This document shows, piece after piece, positions 49,901-64,000 of a DNA stretch of 64,000 nt; within the stretch, counting starts at the first letter, position 1, and every line of letters starts with the position of its first letter. The stretch comes from Mobula hypostoma. Its lineage: Eukaryota. The stretch spans positions 63,180,001 through 63,244,000 of the forward strand of contig NC_086097.1 in NCBI RefSeq assembly GCF_963921235.1. Reading direction: 5' to 3'. The translations under genes and the position numbers were made by a program. The notes under the pieces were generated by a model. The model was not told the origin of the DNA, did not search any database, and worked only from the letters and a program-made list of their open reading frames with translations.

Positions 49901-50204
49901 CTAAACCAACTCAAATTCCAATTCCAAGACCCCTCCACACTCTTGGAATCCAGAAGCGGCACAGTGTCAAATTAGTTTGGTCTTTGGGAGATAGGAGACA
50001 GCGCAGTGTCAAAAGCTCTCAGCTTCAGGAATCTGGAAGCAGTGGTGTTGAAGACAGAAGACAGAAACAGGCAATGATTTAGATTAAGAGCCAAGCAAAT
50101 CTCCCCTCAGTGATATCTCCTTACTGCCGCAGGCCTCAGGTTGTAGGGGAGACGAGGATCTATATCTCAGCCTGGGAAACGGGCAGAGGTTCCCTCATGC
50201 CCTG

Positions 50205-50805
50205 GATGAGATTGTATTGAGAGCATCCTGAGCAGCTGCATCACGACCTGGTTCGGAAATTGCACCATCTCGGATCGCAAGACCCTGCAGCGGATAGTGA
50301 GGTCAGCTGAGAACATCATCGGGGTCTCTCTTCCCGTCATTACAGACATTTACACCATACGCTGCATTCGTAAAGCAAACAGCATTATGAAGGACCCCAC
50401 GCACCCCTCATATAAACTCTTCTCACTCCTGCCATCTGGCAAAAGGCACCAAAGCATTCGGGCTCTCACGACCAGACTATGTAACAGTTTCTTCCCCCAA
50501 GCCATCAGACTCCTCAATACCCAGAGCCTGGACTGACACCAACCTACTGGATTCTACTGTGCCTATTGTCTTGTTTATTATTTATTGCAATGCCTGCACT
50601 GTTTTGTGCACTTTATGCAGTCCTGGGTAGGTCTGTAGTCTAGTGTCGTTTTTGTGTTGTTTTACGTAGTTCGGTGTAGTTTTTGTATTGTTCATGTAGC
50701 ACCATGGCCCTGAAAAACATTGTCTCGTTTTTACTGTGTACTGTACCAGCAGTTATGGTCGAAATGACAATAAAAAGTGACTTGTCTTGACTTGACTTGA
50801 CTTGA
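50205..50805 (+). mobile_element. Rex1/Babar-like 3' fragment
   Basis: KDPTHPSYKLFSLLPSG...SFFPQAIRLLN; (GACTT)n tail. Confidence 0.8.
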
Positions 50806-50889
50806 TCATGGAAGAGTGCACCCCACCAAACCTCACCGACAACTGTCAGAGGTCATAATGGCAGTCTCATGTACAGAATGGAGCTGGGA

Positions 50890-51310
50890 CAAGCCGGCAA
50901 TATCATGAAGGATACTACCCATCTGCTTATGGTCTATTTGACCTACTCCCATCAGAGAAGAGGCTACATAGCATCCACAGCAGGACCACCAGATTCAAAA
51001 GCAGTTTCTTCTCCCAAGAGGTCAGGCTGATCAATATCTCCATGCATTAATCCACCCCTGACCACCTCTGCATGCACATCATCTTGTGTCACTTTATGTA
51101 CATACAATATACAAACCTTATAACAGTTACTTGTATGTTGTGTTTCATAGGATTGTTTTTACATTTACATGTATTATGTTTTATTGTTTTGTTATTGTAT
51201 TCTTTATGTTTATTGTGATTTTTTTATGCTGCATCAGATCGGAGTAACAATCATTTCATTTTCCTTTACACTCATGCACTGAGGAATGACAATAAAGTAT
51301 TTTTAATCTT
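50890..51310 (+). mobile_element. Degraded Rex1/Babar-like 3' fragment
   Basis: Similar to the C-terminal region of 50205-50805. Confidence 0.6.
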
Positions 51311-52349
51311 AAATAGGCAGTCAATCTGTAACAATGCAGCATTTGGTACATTTCCAGCAAGGCTATTCTGCTGTGGAAAGGCAACCTCACTGTCACTCAG
51401 GATAATAGAATAGTTGACAGCTCCCTAATCATAAGAGACATAATGCATAATAATGCTCTGCTCCAGCCTGGTACAAACACATAGCAGTGCCCACTGTCAC
51501 TGGAGATATCCCAGTTAGTTGCTCTAGGTGGTGGCTTCAGTTGCATCCTGAGTTCTGATGAAGAGTCTCAGCCCGACATCAACTGTTGATTCCCCTTCCT
51601 AGATGCTACCTGAATTGCTGAGTTCCTCCAGCATCTTGTGAGTGTATTGCTCAAGATTTTCAGAATCTATAGAATCGCTTGTGTTAATCAATTGGTTCGC
51701 AAGCTGGTCTGCAGGTTTATGAATGGAGTGCCAAAAGATACCAGGCCTTGCAAAGTTTACAGCAAACTTACAGGTGAGACACCACAACAATACAATCCAA
51801 TACGGAAACTAGGAGCAGGAATACGTCAGCCAGGCCCTCGAGGCTCCTCTCCCAGATAATGAGATCATGGCAGAACTAACTGTATTCCCAAGTCCATATC
51901 TCCCCTACCTCTGATATCTTTTTACATAGAACATAGAAGAGTACAACACAGAACAGACCCTTCAGTCTGCGACGTTGTGCCGAGCCAATTAAATTTACCT
52001 CCGTGTTTCTCCAATGACAAAATGCAGTTTCCTGTTTTACGACGTTCGCCATCTTACTATTTTCGAATGAAGTGAAACCTCCTCCATATGGGGGTCGTTA
52101 GCATGGAACAGTTGGACTGATATACCTGTTTTCATACTGTAAGGCTATGTCTTTGGCAGTTAGCAAAATTAAAATCATCGCATCATTTGCCTCACTTCTG
52201 TTGGAGGCTCTCAGTCATAATCTTTTCTGTTAGATATAGACATTAATGATCAGAATATGATATAGGGACAATTACTAATTTTGCAGCTGATAATGAAATC
52301 ACTGTCATTGTTGATTGGGAGGAGAACTGCAGACCAAGACTGACTTGTT

Positions 52350-53860
52350 GGCAAGATGAGCAGAACAACAGCAGTTTGCAGATAACATGAAAGTCGTTGG
52401 CAACGCTAACAGTGAGGAGGGTAGACAAGGACCATGGGAAGATATTGATCACCTAGTAAAATAGGCAGAACAATGGCAGGTGGAATTTTATCCTGATAAG
52501 TGCAAGGTGATCTAATAAACAGAGGACACACACAATGAATGATAGGGCCCTAGGGAATACTGAGTAAAGCAGACCTTGCTGTACATGTCCAAGAATTCCT
52601 GAAGGTGGCAGCACGAGAAGGCAAGACCGTGGCTTACTTCATTAGGAGTTAGAAGAGACTTGGTATGTCAACAAGTACACTCAGAAACTTCTATAGATGT
52701 ACTGTGGAGAACATTCTGACAAGCTGCATCACTGTCTGGTATGCGGGGTGGGGGCTACTGCACAGTACCAAAAGAAGCTGCAAAGGGTTGTAAATCTAGT
52801 CAGCTCCATTTTGGGTACTAGCCTACAAAGTACCCAGGACATCTTCAAGGAGCGGTGTCTCAGAAAGGCAGCATCCATTGTTAAGGACCTCCAGCACCCA
52901 GGGCATGCCCTTTTCTCACTGTTACCATCGGGTAGGAGGTACAGAAGTCTGAAGGCACACACTCAGCGATTCAGGAACAGCTTCTTCCCCTCTGCCATCC
53001 GATTCCTAAATAGACATTGAATCCTTGGACACCACCTCACTTTTTTAATATTTAGTATTTCTGGTTTTTTGCACGATTTTTAATCTACTCAATATATGTA
53101 TACTGTAATTAATTTACTTATTTATTTATCATTATTATAATTTTATTTTATTTTGTTTTTTTTTCTTCTATATTATGTATTGCACTGAACTGCTGCTAAC
53201 AAAGTTAATAAATTTCACGTCACAAGCTGGTGATAATAAACCTGATTCTGATTCTGAAGTAGGTAAGGTGATGAAGCAGGCATTCGGTATACTTGCCTTC
53301 AGTAGCCAGGGAACACAATGTAAAGTTATGTTGGAACTTTATAAAGCTTTTCTTAGGCCGCTTGTGGAGTACTGTGTGCAGTTCTGGTCACCACATTGTG
53401 GAATGAAAGATGTGATCACACTGGAAGGTGTGCAGAGGAGATCCATGAAAACGTTGCCTGGGATAGACAAGGTAGAAAGTAGATATGAAGAAAGTAGATA
53501 TGATGGATTTACTTTCCTTGGAGACTGATAGAAAGTTACAAAATTATGAGGGGTATAAAATGACTAGATAGAAGGAAACCTTTGCCTCTAGCAGAGGAAT
53601 CTAAAACTGGGGCCATTAGTTTAGAGTAAGGGAAGCAGAAACAAGGATGAACCTCTTTACCTCAAGAGAAGCTGAAATGCATTGGCTATGTGACTAGTGG
53701 AGGCAGGCACTCTCACAACAATCACACCCTCGCTTAATTCACCAAACCACAAAGGTCTACTGACCAAGACCTGGTAAATGGAATCAATTTGGATCGATGT
53801 TTTGTGGTCAGTGTGGAGATGGTAGGCTGAAGGTCCTATTTTAATGCTTTATGATTCTGT
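52350..53860 (+). mobile_element. Old CR1 fragment interrupted by a Rex1/Babar-like fragment (~52630-53256)
   Basis: LYKAFLRPLVEYCVQFWSP; insert has HPGHALFSLLPSGRRYRS and (GATTCT)n tail. Confidence 0.7.
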
Positions 53861-56800
53861 GATGTTATTTATGACCCAACATAAAGTTCAAGAGATTGTA
53901 TGATCACGGGTTGCACATTCATCCCTCACCCCAGAGATTAAGGTTGATAAATGAGCTGTTATCTCAGACAAGGTCCATGTGCATCCTTGAATAAGCATAA
54001 ATCCTAAGGTATCAGAAAAAGAAGAGTGTGATATATTCATCACAAAAGCTCCTTCCCTAAAAATAATAAATAACCTGAACGTTTATCTCACTGCTGTTTG
54101 TATTGCAGAAATTGGTCGCTGAGTTTGCCTACAAATCAACAAGTGATTTCTCTTTCAAAGTAATGCATTGCCAATGAAATGATCTGTAAGATCCTGATAC
54201 TGTAGAAAGTAAGACAGTGACTAATTATCCAGATCTCTGTCATGTGCTCATCTTGAAAGTTCAAAGTTCAAAATAAATTTGTTATCACAATACCTTTGTT
54301 ACTATATACGATCTTGAGGTTCAGTTTCTTGCAGGTGTTTACGGGGAAATACAACAGAATTTTATGAAAACTATACATAAACAGATGAAGACTAACAAAC
54401 ACCCCAAAGTGCAAAAGAAGGCAAACTATGCAAATAAGAATAATACTCAGAACATGATTTCTAAAGAGTCCTTGAAAGTGGGTCTCTAGATCGTCAAGTC
54501 AATTCAGATTAGTGGAGAATGAAGTTATTTACACCAGTTCAGGAGCCGAATGGTTGTAGGGTAATAGCTCTTCCTGAACCTGGTGATGTATGACCTAAAG
54601 TTTCTGTGAAACAATGCCAAACTGCGTAGCAGATACTTGAGCTATGTAGCATCTAATTGATGTCAAAGGGCCATAATTTTAAAATCGAAAATTCAGATTC
54701 CAACACCCGGATGCAATTCTGGTAAGATGTCGCCATTAAACGGAGGCTGCATGCAGCTCCAATGGGAGTCATCAAACATTCTCTTTCTGGCCCTCTCTTT
54801 TTGCCTGCACTATGTATATAATTTATTTTTATTTTTTATTTTCTTATTCCAATCTATAGTTTTTATTTTTATGTATCACAAAGTACTGCTGCCACAAAAC
54901 AACAATTTTCACGACATATGCTGGTGAGACTATACCTGATTCTGACTTTGATTATTTAATTCACATACTTGAAGATACTAAGCATCTTCACATACTAAGT
55001 ACACTTAAGTACTTTCAGTAAATAAAGGCAAACTGTGTCTAAACTCAGGAGGAAATGGCAGCACAATGGGGAAAAATTGCATATTTGTCAAAACTCTTTC
55101 CCCTCCCCCCACTAACCCACCCAAGTTAACGGGAACAATTGCTTTGAACTAGGATAGATGCTTGCAGGTTGAACAATTGTGCTAGTATTTGAGAAAAGAT
55201 TGCTGTGTGGGTGGGAGTAACTTGTGACCCGTGCTTTTAGTCAGCTGTTGCTGGAGGATTTGATTGAAACAATAATATGTGCCCTCTCATTTCCCAAATG
55301 TTTGATATTTTTCAAGCTATGTGACAGCCAGGTAAAAATGAGACCATAGAGCAATGCTGTTCTGTAAAATCTTTGCTGCACTATCCATAGAAAGCAAGCA
55401 CAGAACAAAAGAGTGACACAGTAGCAACACTAGTGAGAGTTCCAGTAACTACTGGTCCATCCTGATCTCCGGTGTTGCCTGTGTAGAGTTTTGTCCTTGA
55501 CTCCCTGGCCATCCAGTTTTGAGTCGATCAGTTGACCCTGGTAAGTGGCTGAGCACGCACGTGAATTGTAGAACATAAGGGGAATGCAGAGAGAATTTTT
55601 AAAAAATTGGAATTTGTGTAGAATTTGCATTTGGGTGATTGATGGTTGGCACAGACTAAATGACCTGTTTTAGCAATGACATTGAAGAGTTGTATTTGCA
55701 TATCAGCTTTCCTGATCTTGGTTGTTCCTAAACACACTTGCAACTCATAAGATAACTTTGAATTATAGTCACTCATATAGTGAATCAGAATCGGATTCAT
55801 TATGAGTGACATACTGCGCGTCGTGCAATTTGTTTTGCAGCAGCGGTAAACATTAATATAAGTTACAAAAATAAAGAAACAATGCAAAGATGAATAATGA
55901 GACAGTATTCATGAGTTCATGGACGATACCAATCTGCAGTGACTGTGGTCTCCCGATAAGGAGTCGAGGATCCATCTGCAGAAGAAGCAGATTACCATTT
56001 TATGCTCATTATTTCCCACACTTACCAATGTGATAACCGCCTCAGTGATGTGATTTGAGTGATCTCTTGTCTCTACAGGATGCAGAGTCACAGGAGTTAT
56101 ACCTCATATTATGTTGAAGTGCTTTGCAGTTTGTGTTACCTCTTAATATTCATGAGCATGTGCCTTTCTTTGCCAGCTATTCCAACCTGTTTGCTGCGTT
56201 CCTAGAATATGACTTAATGAACAATTACAAGACTTAATGAACAATTATTCAGTGGTATGCACTGGAGGGAAGCCCTGCCAACTGATGATGTATATTATAA
56301 AATCATTGGCATAGTGTCCATGATATTCTATGCATTTAGTTTAATAGATCGAGATTCATGAGCAGTCCACAATGTAATTCCCGATTTAATCTGTTTCAAT
56401 GATCCCTGCTGGCAACACAAATTAGGACATTACTTCCTAGAGGCCAGGAGGATGTTCAAAGATGTAACATATCAGGAAATGACAACTGCACCATCTCAAA
56501 AATCAATGATGCCTGACATTATTGGAAAAAAATTATGAAGTAATTATCTCCAGAGAAAGACCATTCTCCCTAGTTAAACATAAAGTTTGGATCTATAGAG
56601 TGAAAGAGAAGGGAGGAACATCATCATTTCGGAGTACATTGTAATTACATTGAGTTCCACTTCGGGTATGAATGTGGTTATTATCAGAACTTTGGCTGAT
56701 TTCCTGAGGGTCAATCTACTTTACAATCCAATGCCTACCATTACAATAGGTCAAAAATAGATACCATTTTATTGGTTCTTCACTCAGATCAAGAAAATCA

Positions 56801-58463
56801 GGACAATTAAGATACACACATCAGGGTCCTCCTCTTTGACTACAGCTCAGCATTCAATGTGATCATAACTCATCACTAAGCTCCAAGACCTGGGCTTGAT
56901 AGCTCCCTGTGCAACTGGAACTTAATTTTCTCACTTGCTAAACCCAGTCAGACATCTGCAAAAACATCTTCTCTACAGTCACCATCTGCTGTAGGACTTA
57001 AAGCTCCCTTACTTCCTTCCCGATGGCAGTATAAAGAGGAAAGCATGGCCTGGATGGCCAGGGATCCTGATAATATATGATGCTTTCTTGTGGCTGCTTC
57101 TTGTAGATGTGCTCAAAGGTGGGGAGGCTCTGGAGCAATTATTATTACCATCAGACTCCTGAACCAGTGTGGATAACTTCATTCACCACTACTCTGACCT
57201 GAATAAACTTTCGCGGGCTCTACAACACATGTTCTCGGAATTACTTTTGTTTGCACAATTTGCCTTGTTTTGCACATCGGTGTTTATCAGTCTTTGTCTG
57301 TTTATGCACAGTTTGTCCTAAAATTCTATCAAATTTCTTTTTATCTGTAAATGCCTACTAGAGAATGAATCCAAAGTAGTAAATGGAAACGTATACACAC
57401 TTTGATTATGTTTACTTTGACTTTGAGTTCATTCCCTGGATCCAGGTGTTGTCATCAAAGCCAACATTTTTGGGCCAACACTTATTATCTTTGAAAGAAT
57501 AATGAAAAGCTTTCTTCCTGAACTTCAGCTTGCAAGGTTAAGGACTACCTCACAGCGGTTACATAGTTCCTGGATCTGGACGTGATGGTGATGCAAAGGT
57601 GTCAAGAAACCATGAAGTGTTACTTGGAAAGGTAGTTGGAGGTGATGTCCCTCATGCAACAATCACCCATGGATTTCTAAATTCAGATAGTCCGAGTTTG
57701 GAGCAGCAGATGCCTTTCTGCAAAGGGTTCAGACAATTCATGGATGGCAATACTGACACCCAACAGGAGTGGTTAGCTCCAGCAAAGGCTGAGTGTCTAG
57801 AAGCAAAGGATAATAAGTTCCAATGCAGTGGATTCCCCAGTATCACTTACTCAGTATTGTTACTTATCTGTTTGTTTTTTGTGGGGGGAGGTAGAATTTA
57901 CTGGCAAAGCATGCACTCATTACTCTTTCCTAATTGTCCTTGAGAAGATAATGGTGAGATACCTTCTTGAATGGATGTAGTCCTACTAGCAAATCTATTC
58001 CCACAATACGACTGGTGAAAGAGTTCCGGGATTTAGGCCCAGTGTTGAAGAAACAATGGCAACCTAATTCTATAACTGTGAGCTGGAAGGGAAGCTGCAG
58101 GTGGTGGTGAACCCAAAGGCCTGCTGCTGTCTTCCTTCTCTCTGGTTTGAATTTGGTATTTGCATTTTGAAGGTGCACATGATGGAACTAAACATGCACC
58201 TGGTAATTCGAAAATGGATGTTTAGGGCCTGGATAGAGTTCCAGTCAAGCCAGATGAACGTCACTGGATGGTGTTGAGACTCTTAGATCTTAATGGAGAT
58301 GCCCTCATCCAAGCAAGCGAAGTCTGTTCCAACATGATTCTGATCTGTACCTTGTGGATGATGTTAAGTGTTTTAAGTGTCAGAGCATGATCCAATGCCT
58401 GACTGGTTCGAGTAGCTGCAGTGAGTCAACATTACCTGCAGATGCTTAGGGCCTCCAGAGTTA

Positions 58464-59078
58464 ATAGACAATAGACAATAGGTGCAGGAGTAGGCCATTC
58501 GGCCCTTCGAGCCAGCACCGCCATTCACTGTGATCATGGCTGATCATCCACAATCAGTATCCAGTTCCTGCCTTACCCCCCTAACCTTTGATTCCGCTAT
58601 CTTTAAGAGCTCTATCCATCTCTTTCTTGAAAGCATCCAGAGACTTGGCCTCCACAGCCTTCTGGGGCAGAGCATTCCATATATCCACCACTCTCTGGGT
58701 GAAAAAGTTTTTCCTCAACTCCATTCTAAATGGCCTACCCCTAATTCTTAAACTGTGGCCTCTGGTTCTGGACTCACCCATCAGTGGGAATATGCTTCCT
58801 GCCTCCAGTGTGTCCAATCCCTTAATAATCTTATATGTTTCAATAAGATCCCCTCTCAGCCTTCTAAATTCCAGAGTATACAAGCCCAGTCGCACCAATC
58901 TTTCAACATATGACAGTCTCGCCATGCCGAGAATTAACCTTGTGAACCTACGCTGCACTCCCTCAATAGCAAGAATGTCCTTCCTCAAATTTGGAGACCA
59001 AAACTGCACACAGTACTCCAGGTGTGGTCTCACCAGGGCCCCGTACAGCTGTAGAAGGACCTCTTTGCTCTTATACTC
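58464..59078 (-). mobile_element. CR1 3' fragment
   Basis: LVRPHLEYCVQFWSP...FFTQRVVDIWNALP; (AATAGAC)n tail on the plus strand. Confidence 0.88.
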
Positions 59079-59979
59079 AAAAATAATAATAATAAAATAA
59101 TAATAAAAATAAAATAGTTCCAAAAATGTTTCCTGCCATTTAACAGCTAATTTTTGAAAACTGTCAAAATCTTGCTAAATATATGCAAGCTACTGTTAGT
59201 AGGTTCCAGGACATTGATCTGAGAAACTCTGGCAACCCACCCTTATGATAGGGTTCAGACGAATGACTCCAACAACTACAACCTTGTGAAATATATGAGC
59301 ATAATCAATGGAAAACTTTCCCTTGATGCCCATTGATTGCCGTTCTAAAAGGGCTCCTTGATGCCAAACCTGATCAAAGGATGCCATACTCAATTCTCTT
59401 CTGGAATTCGAGTTTTAGGTCCATGTTTGGACCAGGCCCTTAATGAAACAGGGTGGTCCAGGTGAAATCCAGAGTGACACTTGTGAGCAGGATACTAAGT
59501 GTTAGCATGAAAGCACGCTAAAAGACCACATTCATCATTTTAACAATGAATTGGATTGGATCCATCCTGTTTCCTGTGATCAGGATATGCAGTACTTGGG
59601 CAATATTCCACAAGGTCAGCTGAATGCTGGAGTTGTTACTATTCTGGAATGGTTTGGCCCAATGAACAGTTAGTTCTGTAAGACTGACCTTCAGCCCACT
59701 GTTACCGTGTCCCATGGCCTGTGCTGAATTAAAAAGCCTGAGCCTTTTCTTCATGTTATATCAAGTGAATAAAATTGGCTGAAAGTAAGTTTCAGTGACG
59801 GTGGGAACATCAGGAGGAAACAGAAATGTATCATCCACTCAACGCTCTGTCAGAATATGGGTGCAGATGCTCAGAGTCTTAGGAAGAGTGATGCATATCA
59901 ATGGTTTTGATTAAAGTAGAGTTATGGAGTCATACAGCACAGAAAAAGTATTAAAAGTTTGGTCAGGTGGACACAAAAG

Positions 59980-60625
59980 TGACAAGAGCATTTCAGTCTG
60001 GAGAAGAGTGATGCCTTGGGGAGGGTAAACAAAGCAACAAAATAAACAATGACTACTCTGGATTTGAGAAATTTGGAGCAACAAAAGGGTGGTGGAGAAG
60101 ATAAACGATGTTGAGAAGGCTTAAGGGACATTCTTTTCTAAGCTGTGAACTAGAATATGACAATGTTTTGTATATGCATTATATCCAGTTGTACAAAATA
60201 CTAGATAGGACAGTCAGTCCATGTACTGCATATTGTTCCATTTTAGACTTAACAATGTAGTTGTACTATAGAGGGTATAGAGAGGATTTAGGAGGATGTG
60301 ATCACACCTGGCGAATTCACCATATAGAAAGGTTAGATGGGATGGGCTTTTTCAACAATGAGACTGCGACAAAATGTTATTGGCATGTGTAAAACTATAT
60401 GAGACATACAGTAGATAGGGTAAAAGGAAGGATCTGATCTGTTTTTCCCAGCAGAGAGGTGAATAACCAAGGGACATAGGTGCAAAACAGCTGAGGGATA
60501 AATTAGGGAAAGTAAGGAAGCTTTGGAAGGGTGGAGGGAGTGATGGAGGCAGAAATTATTGTTACATTCAAAAGGGCCTTGATATGTGCTGTAAACTGCA
60601 AAGTGTATGGACCAGGAGTAGGATA
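59980..60625 (+). mobile_element. Very old CR1 fragment
   Basis: Degenerate CR1 RT C-terminal sequence (TTGTACAAAATACTAG...ACATTCAAAAGG). Confidence 0.45.
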
Positions 60626-61175
60626 ACCTAGCCATCTTCTCCTTAAGGAATGCATTTCAGGTGTGCATTCAGAAAAATTGACAAGCATTCAAAGTTTAGA
60701 TAAGCTATTAAAATGTTCATAAAATGCAAAAATCTTAAATGGCTTCAAAATACTGAAACAATTTTAAAAATTCAACTTAACTATTAATGACCAGCAGTTC
60801 CTCTCATTTAAATGAATAGGCAAAGCACTCTCTGTTTCAGATCCAACCTGGAGTGCACAAGCAACCAAGTGTCAGGGAGCAGCACAATTTGAAAGAAACA
60901 ATGCCAAGCTGCAGACACTATCTTCAGGAATTCAATGTATATGTAGCAATCCTAAATCTTCAGATCTCTGCAAAAATTCAGGACCAAAATATAACATCGG
61001 ATTTGTACACAATACTATGATTTTTTGTTGTTCATTTCCTAAATCTCTCAATTTAAATAAATTCTGCTCCAATTAGATGTACACAAATATTGCAGGACTA
61101 ATAGATTAAAATTGACTTTGATGCACACACTACAGTGTTGTTACTCAAACTTGAAAATCTGCTGTTGATGTAAAT

Positions 61176-62388
61176 CAGGGGTCCCCAAACTTTTTTGCAC
61201 TGCGGACCAGTTTCATATTGACAATATTCTTGCGGACCGGCCCACCGGGGTGGGGGGGAGGGGTGGTTGCCAATGGACAAGAGTAGCAGTCAAATACGTT
61301 GCGTTTACCCTGAAAAGAGTACAATGACCATGAAGCCTTGCGCAGGCACCAGTGCACATGCGTGACTTGCAAGTGCCAATTTTTTTTTTTACAAATCGTT
61401 TTTGGCGATTCTGTTCGCACGGTGGGGGGGTAGTTAATCACGACTGGAATATCGGTGATAAGTGGCTAATACGCTCAATTTTGTTTCTAAAAGGGTTTAT
61501 CTAACGAATTTAATATGAAACACACAGCGCATATTTTCCTCGCATGAATATAGTGGTAAGTCAGTGATCAGGGGAGGACAGGAGAGCTTGAAGTAAGTGT
61601 TGAACGAACTTCCAGTAGAAGTGGCAGAAGCAGGTTCGATATTATCATTTAAAGTTAAATTGGATAGCTACATGGACAGGAAAGGAATGGAGGGTTATGG
61701 GCTGAGTACAGGTCGGTGGGATGAGGTGAGAGTAGCGTGCGGCGCGGACTAGAAGGGCAGAGATCACCTGTTTCCGTGCTGTAATTGTTATATGGTTATA
61801 TAAGTAAGTTAATAGCATCATAACATTTTAAGTAACGTTTGGATATTATACACAGAGCACATAATTTCCCCGTATGAACATATAAAATCATTGCAACACA
61901 ACAATATCACTGAATCAGTGGGAGCCCTGGGCTTGTTTTCCTGCAACAAGACAGTGCCATCGAGGGGTGACGGGAGACAGCGATACTCGAAGGGGGTTCC
62001 TCATGTCCAGTCTATTTCGCAATTTAGTTTTTGTTACATTCATCGCAGAGGTATGTTGGAAATGGAAGCAATGTTTTCAGTGCTTCCGTGGCTATCTCAG
62101 GATATGCACCCTTGACTTTGATCCAGAGTGCCAGCAGAGACGTTATGTCAAACATACTTTTCAGCCTGCCGTCATTTCCAAGTCGAGGAGTTGATCTCCT
62201 TCCCGCGCTGACATGGATGACGCACGCGTAATGATCTCACGTGCATTCAAGCTCAGCAGTGGGCGTGACAGGGAATGAGGAAAGGTGCAGCTGACTCATA
62301 TCACCAAAACATATCGTTTCCTCGCGGCCCGGTAGTGCTTGCCTTGCGGCCCGGCACCGATCCACGGCCCAGTGGTTGGAGACCGCTG
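61176..62388. mobile_element. Non-autonomous hAT (Charlie-like) DNA transposon
   Basis: Imperfect TIRs CAGGGGTCCCCAAAC and reverse complement CAGCGGTCTCCAACC; 8-bp TSD ATGTAAAT / AGGTAAAT. Confidence 0.8.
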
Positions 62389-62996
62389 AGGTAAATCAAC
62401 GTTGCTGAGTTTGTGGAGCTCTTACCTGGGAGTAGAATTCACAGTTGTATAATTAACAATGGAATTGATATTTGTTTCATTAGAGCATATAAGTCAGAAG
62501 TGAATAGAGTAAAGCACATTCAGCAAGAATGATATCAAAAATGTCTGTACTTTGATGGAGAGGAGCCTGATTCCTTTTTGGCTTATTGTCAATAGCTATA
62601 CAAAAAGCAAATACTCTTAGAAACTATTACTATAATGAAACTATTATTGTTAGCTGATAAATTAATTTAGTAGAAGAGTTAATAATCAGGCCCAAGTCAA
62701 CACAAACAGCATTCCAAATTGAAGTTGTTCATTGATGAGACATTTTGTTTGGATTCATGGATATCAAATATATTTTAGATTTTCTTGGATTTCTAGACAT
62801 CAATACATGCAGAATTAGGATTTTTGAGCCAATATTCTTCTAGAGTTGTTAGGAACAAAATTTTGTAAAAGTAATTTATATATTCTCTATGCTATCAAAT
62901 TCATAGAGTTATTACACAAAAAGACTAGAAATGTTATAATGTAGTGCAATATTTATCTGTGCTCTGCAGAAATATTTTATCAGATTCAAGCTTGGC

Positions 62997-64000
62997 AGAT
63001 TGAAGGCAGATAAATCCCCAGGGCCAGATGGTCTGCATCCCAGAGTGCTTAAGGAAGTGGCCCAAGAAATAGTGGATGCATTAGTGATAATTTTTCAAAA
63101 CTCGTTAGATTCTGGACTAGTTCCTGAGGATTGGAGGGTGGCTAATGTAACCCCACTTTTTAAAAAAGGAGGGAGAGAGAAACCGGGGAATTATAGGCCG
63201 GTTAGCCTAACGTCGGTGGTGGGGAAACTGCTGGAGTCAGTTATCAAGGATGTGATAACAGCACATTTGGAAAGCGGTGAAATGATCGGACAAAGTCAGC
63301 ATGGATTTGTGAAAGGAAAATCATGTCTGACGAATCTCATAGAATTTTTTGAGGATGTAACTAGTAGAGTGGATAGGGGAGAACCAGTGGATGTGGTATA
63401 TTTGGATTTTCAAAAGGCTTTTGACAAGGTCCCACATAGGAGATTAGTGTGCAAACTTAAAGCACACGGTATTGGGGGTAAGGTATTGGTGTGGGTGGAG
63501 AATTGGTTAGCAGACAGGAAGCAAAGAGTGGGAATAAACGGGACCTTTTCAGAATGGCAGGCGGTGACTAGTGGGGTACCGCAAGGCTCAGTGCTGGGAC
63601 CCCAGTTGTTTACAATATATATTAATGACTTGGATGAGGGAATTAAATGCAGCATCTCCAAGTTTGCGGATGACACGAAGCTGGGTGGCAGTGTTAGCAG
63701 TGAGGAGGATGCTAAGAGGATGCAGGGTGACTTGGATAGGTTGGGTGAGTGGGCAAACTCATGGCAGATGCAATTTAATGTGGATAAATGTGAAGTTATC
63801 CACTTTGGTGGCAAAAATAGGAAAACAGATTATTATCTGAATGGTGGCCGATTAGGAAAAGGGGAGGTGCAACGAGACCTGGGTGTCATTATACACCAGT
63901 CATTGAAAGTGGGCATGCAGGTACAGCAGGCGGTGAAAAAGGCGAACGGTATGCTGGCATTTATAGCGAGAGGATTCGAGTACAGGAGCAGGGAGGTACT
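62997..64000 (+). mobile_element. CR1 RT region running off the window end
   Basis: Nearly identical to 40173-41177. Confidence 0.95.

Noticed and set aside
56020..56080. 47-nt minus-strand micro-exon (TAG...GTAAGT)
   Set aside because: Such signals are expected by chance, there is an equally good plus-strand acceptor at the same place, and no peptide is recognisable

Overview
Repeat-dense eukaryotic DNA from a vertebrate, most likely a cartilaginous fish (ray or shark; inferred from the CR1, Rex1/Babar, Penelope, Nimb and Tc1 families present). No intact resident host gene is recognisable. The main feature is a 13.2-kb Ty3/Gypsy element (1081-14281) with paired LTRs, PBS, PPT and a 5-bp TSD. 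Its RT/RNaseH/integrase region is replaced by a chain of captured intronless sequences: SUDS3 (sense, fused in frame to Gag-protease), RNF213 (antisense) and a third unidentified coding fragment. A second Gypsy element then inserted into the RNF213 cargo, and a CR1 LINE inserted into that second element. Elsewhere: a full-length Nimb/I-clade LINE with a 13-bp TSD; an ORF1-only (HAL1-like) L1 with a 17-18-bp TSD; Penelope-like elements with minimal hammerhead ribozyme motifs, one forming a ~600-bp palindrome; near-identical young CR1 copies; an R4/Dong remnant; Tc1- and hAT-derived non-autonomous elements. All gene and family identifications are from remembered protein sequences and motifs, not database searches.
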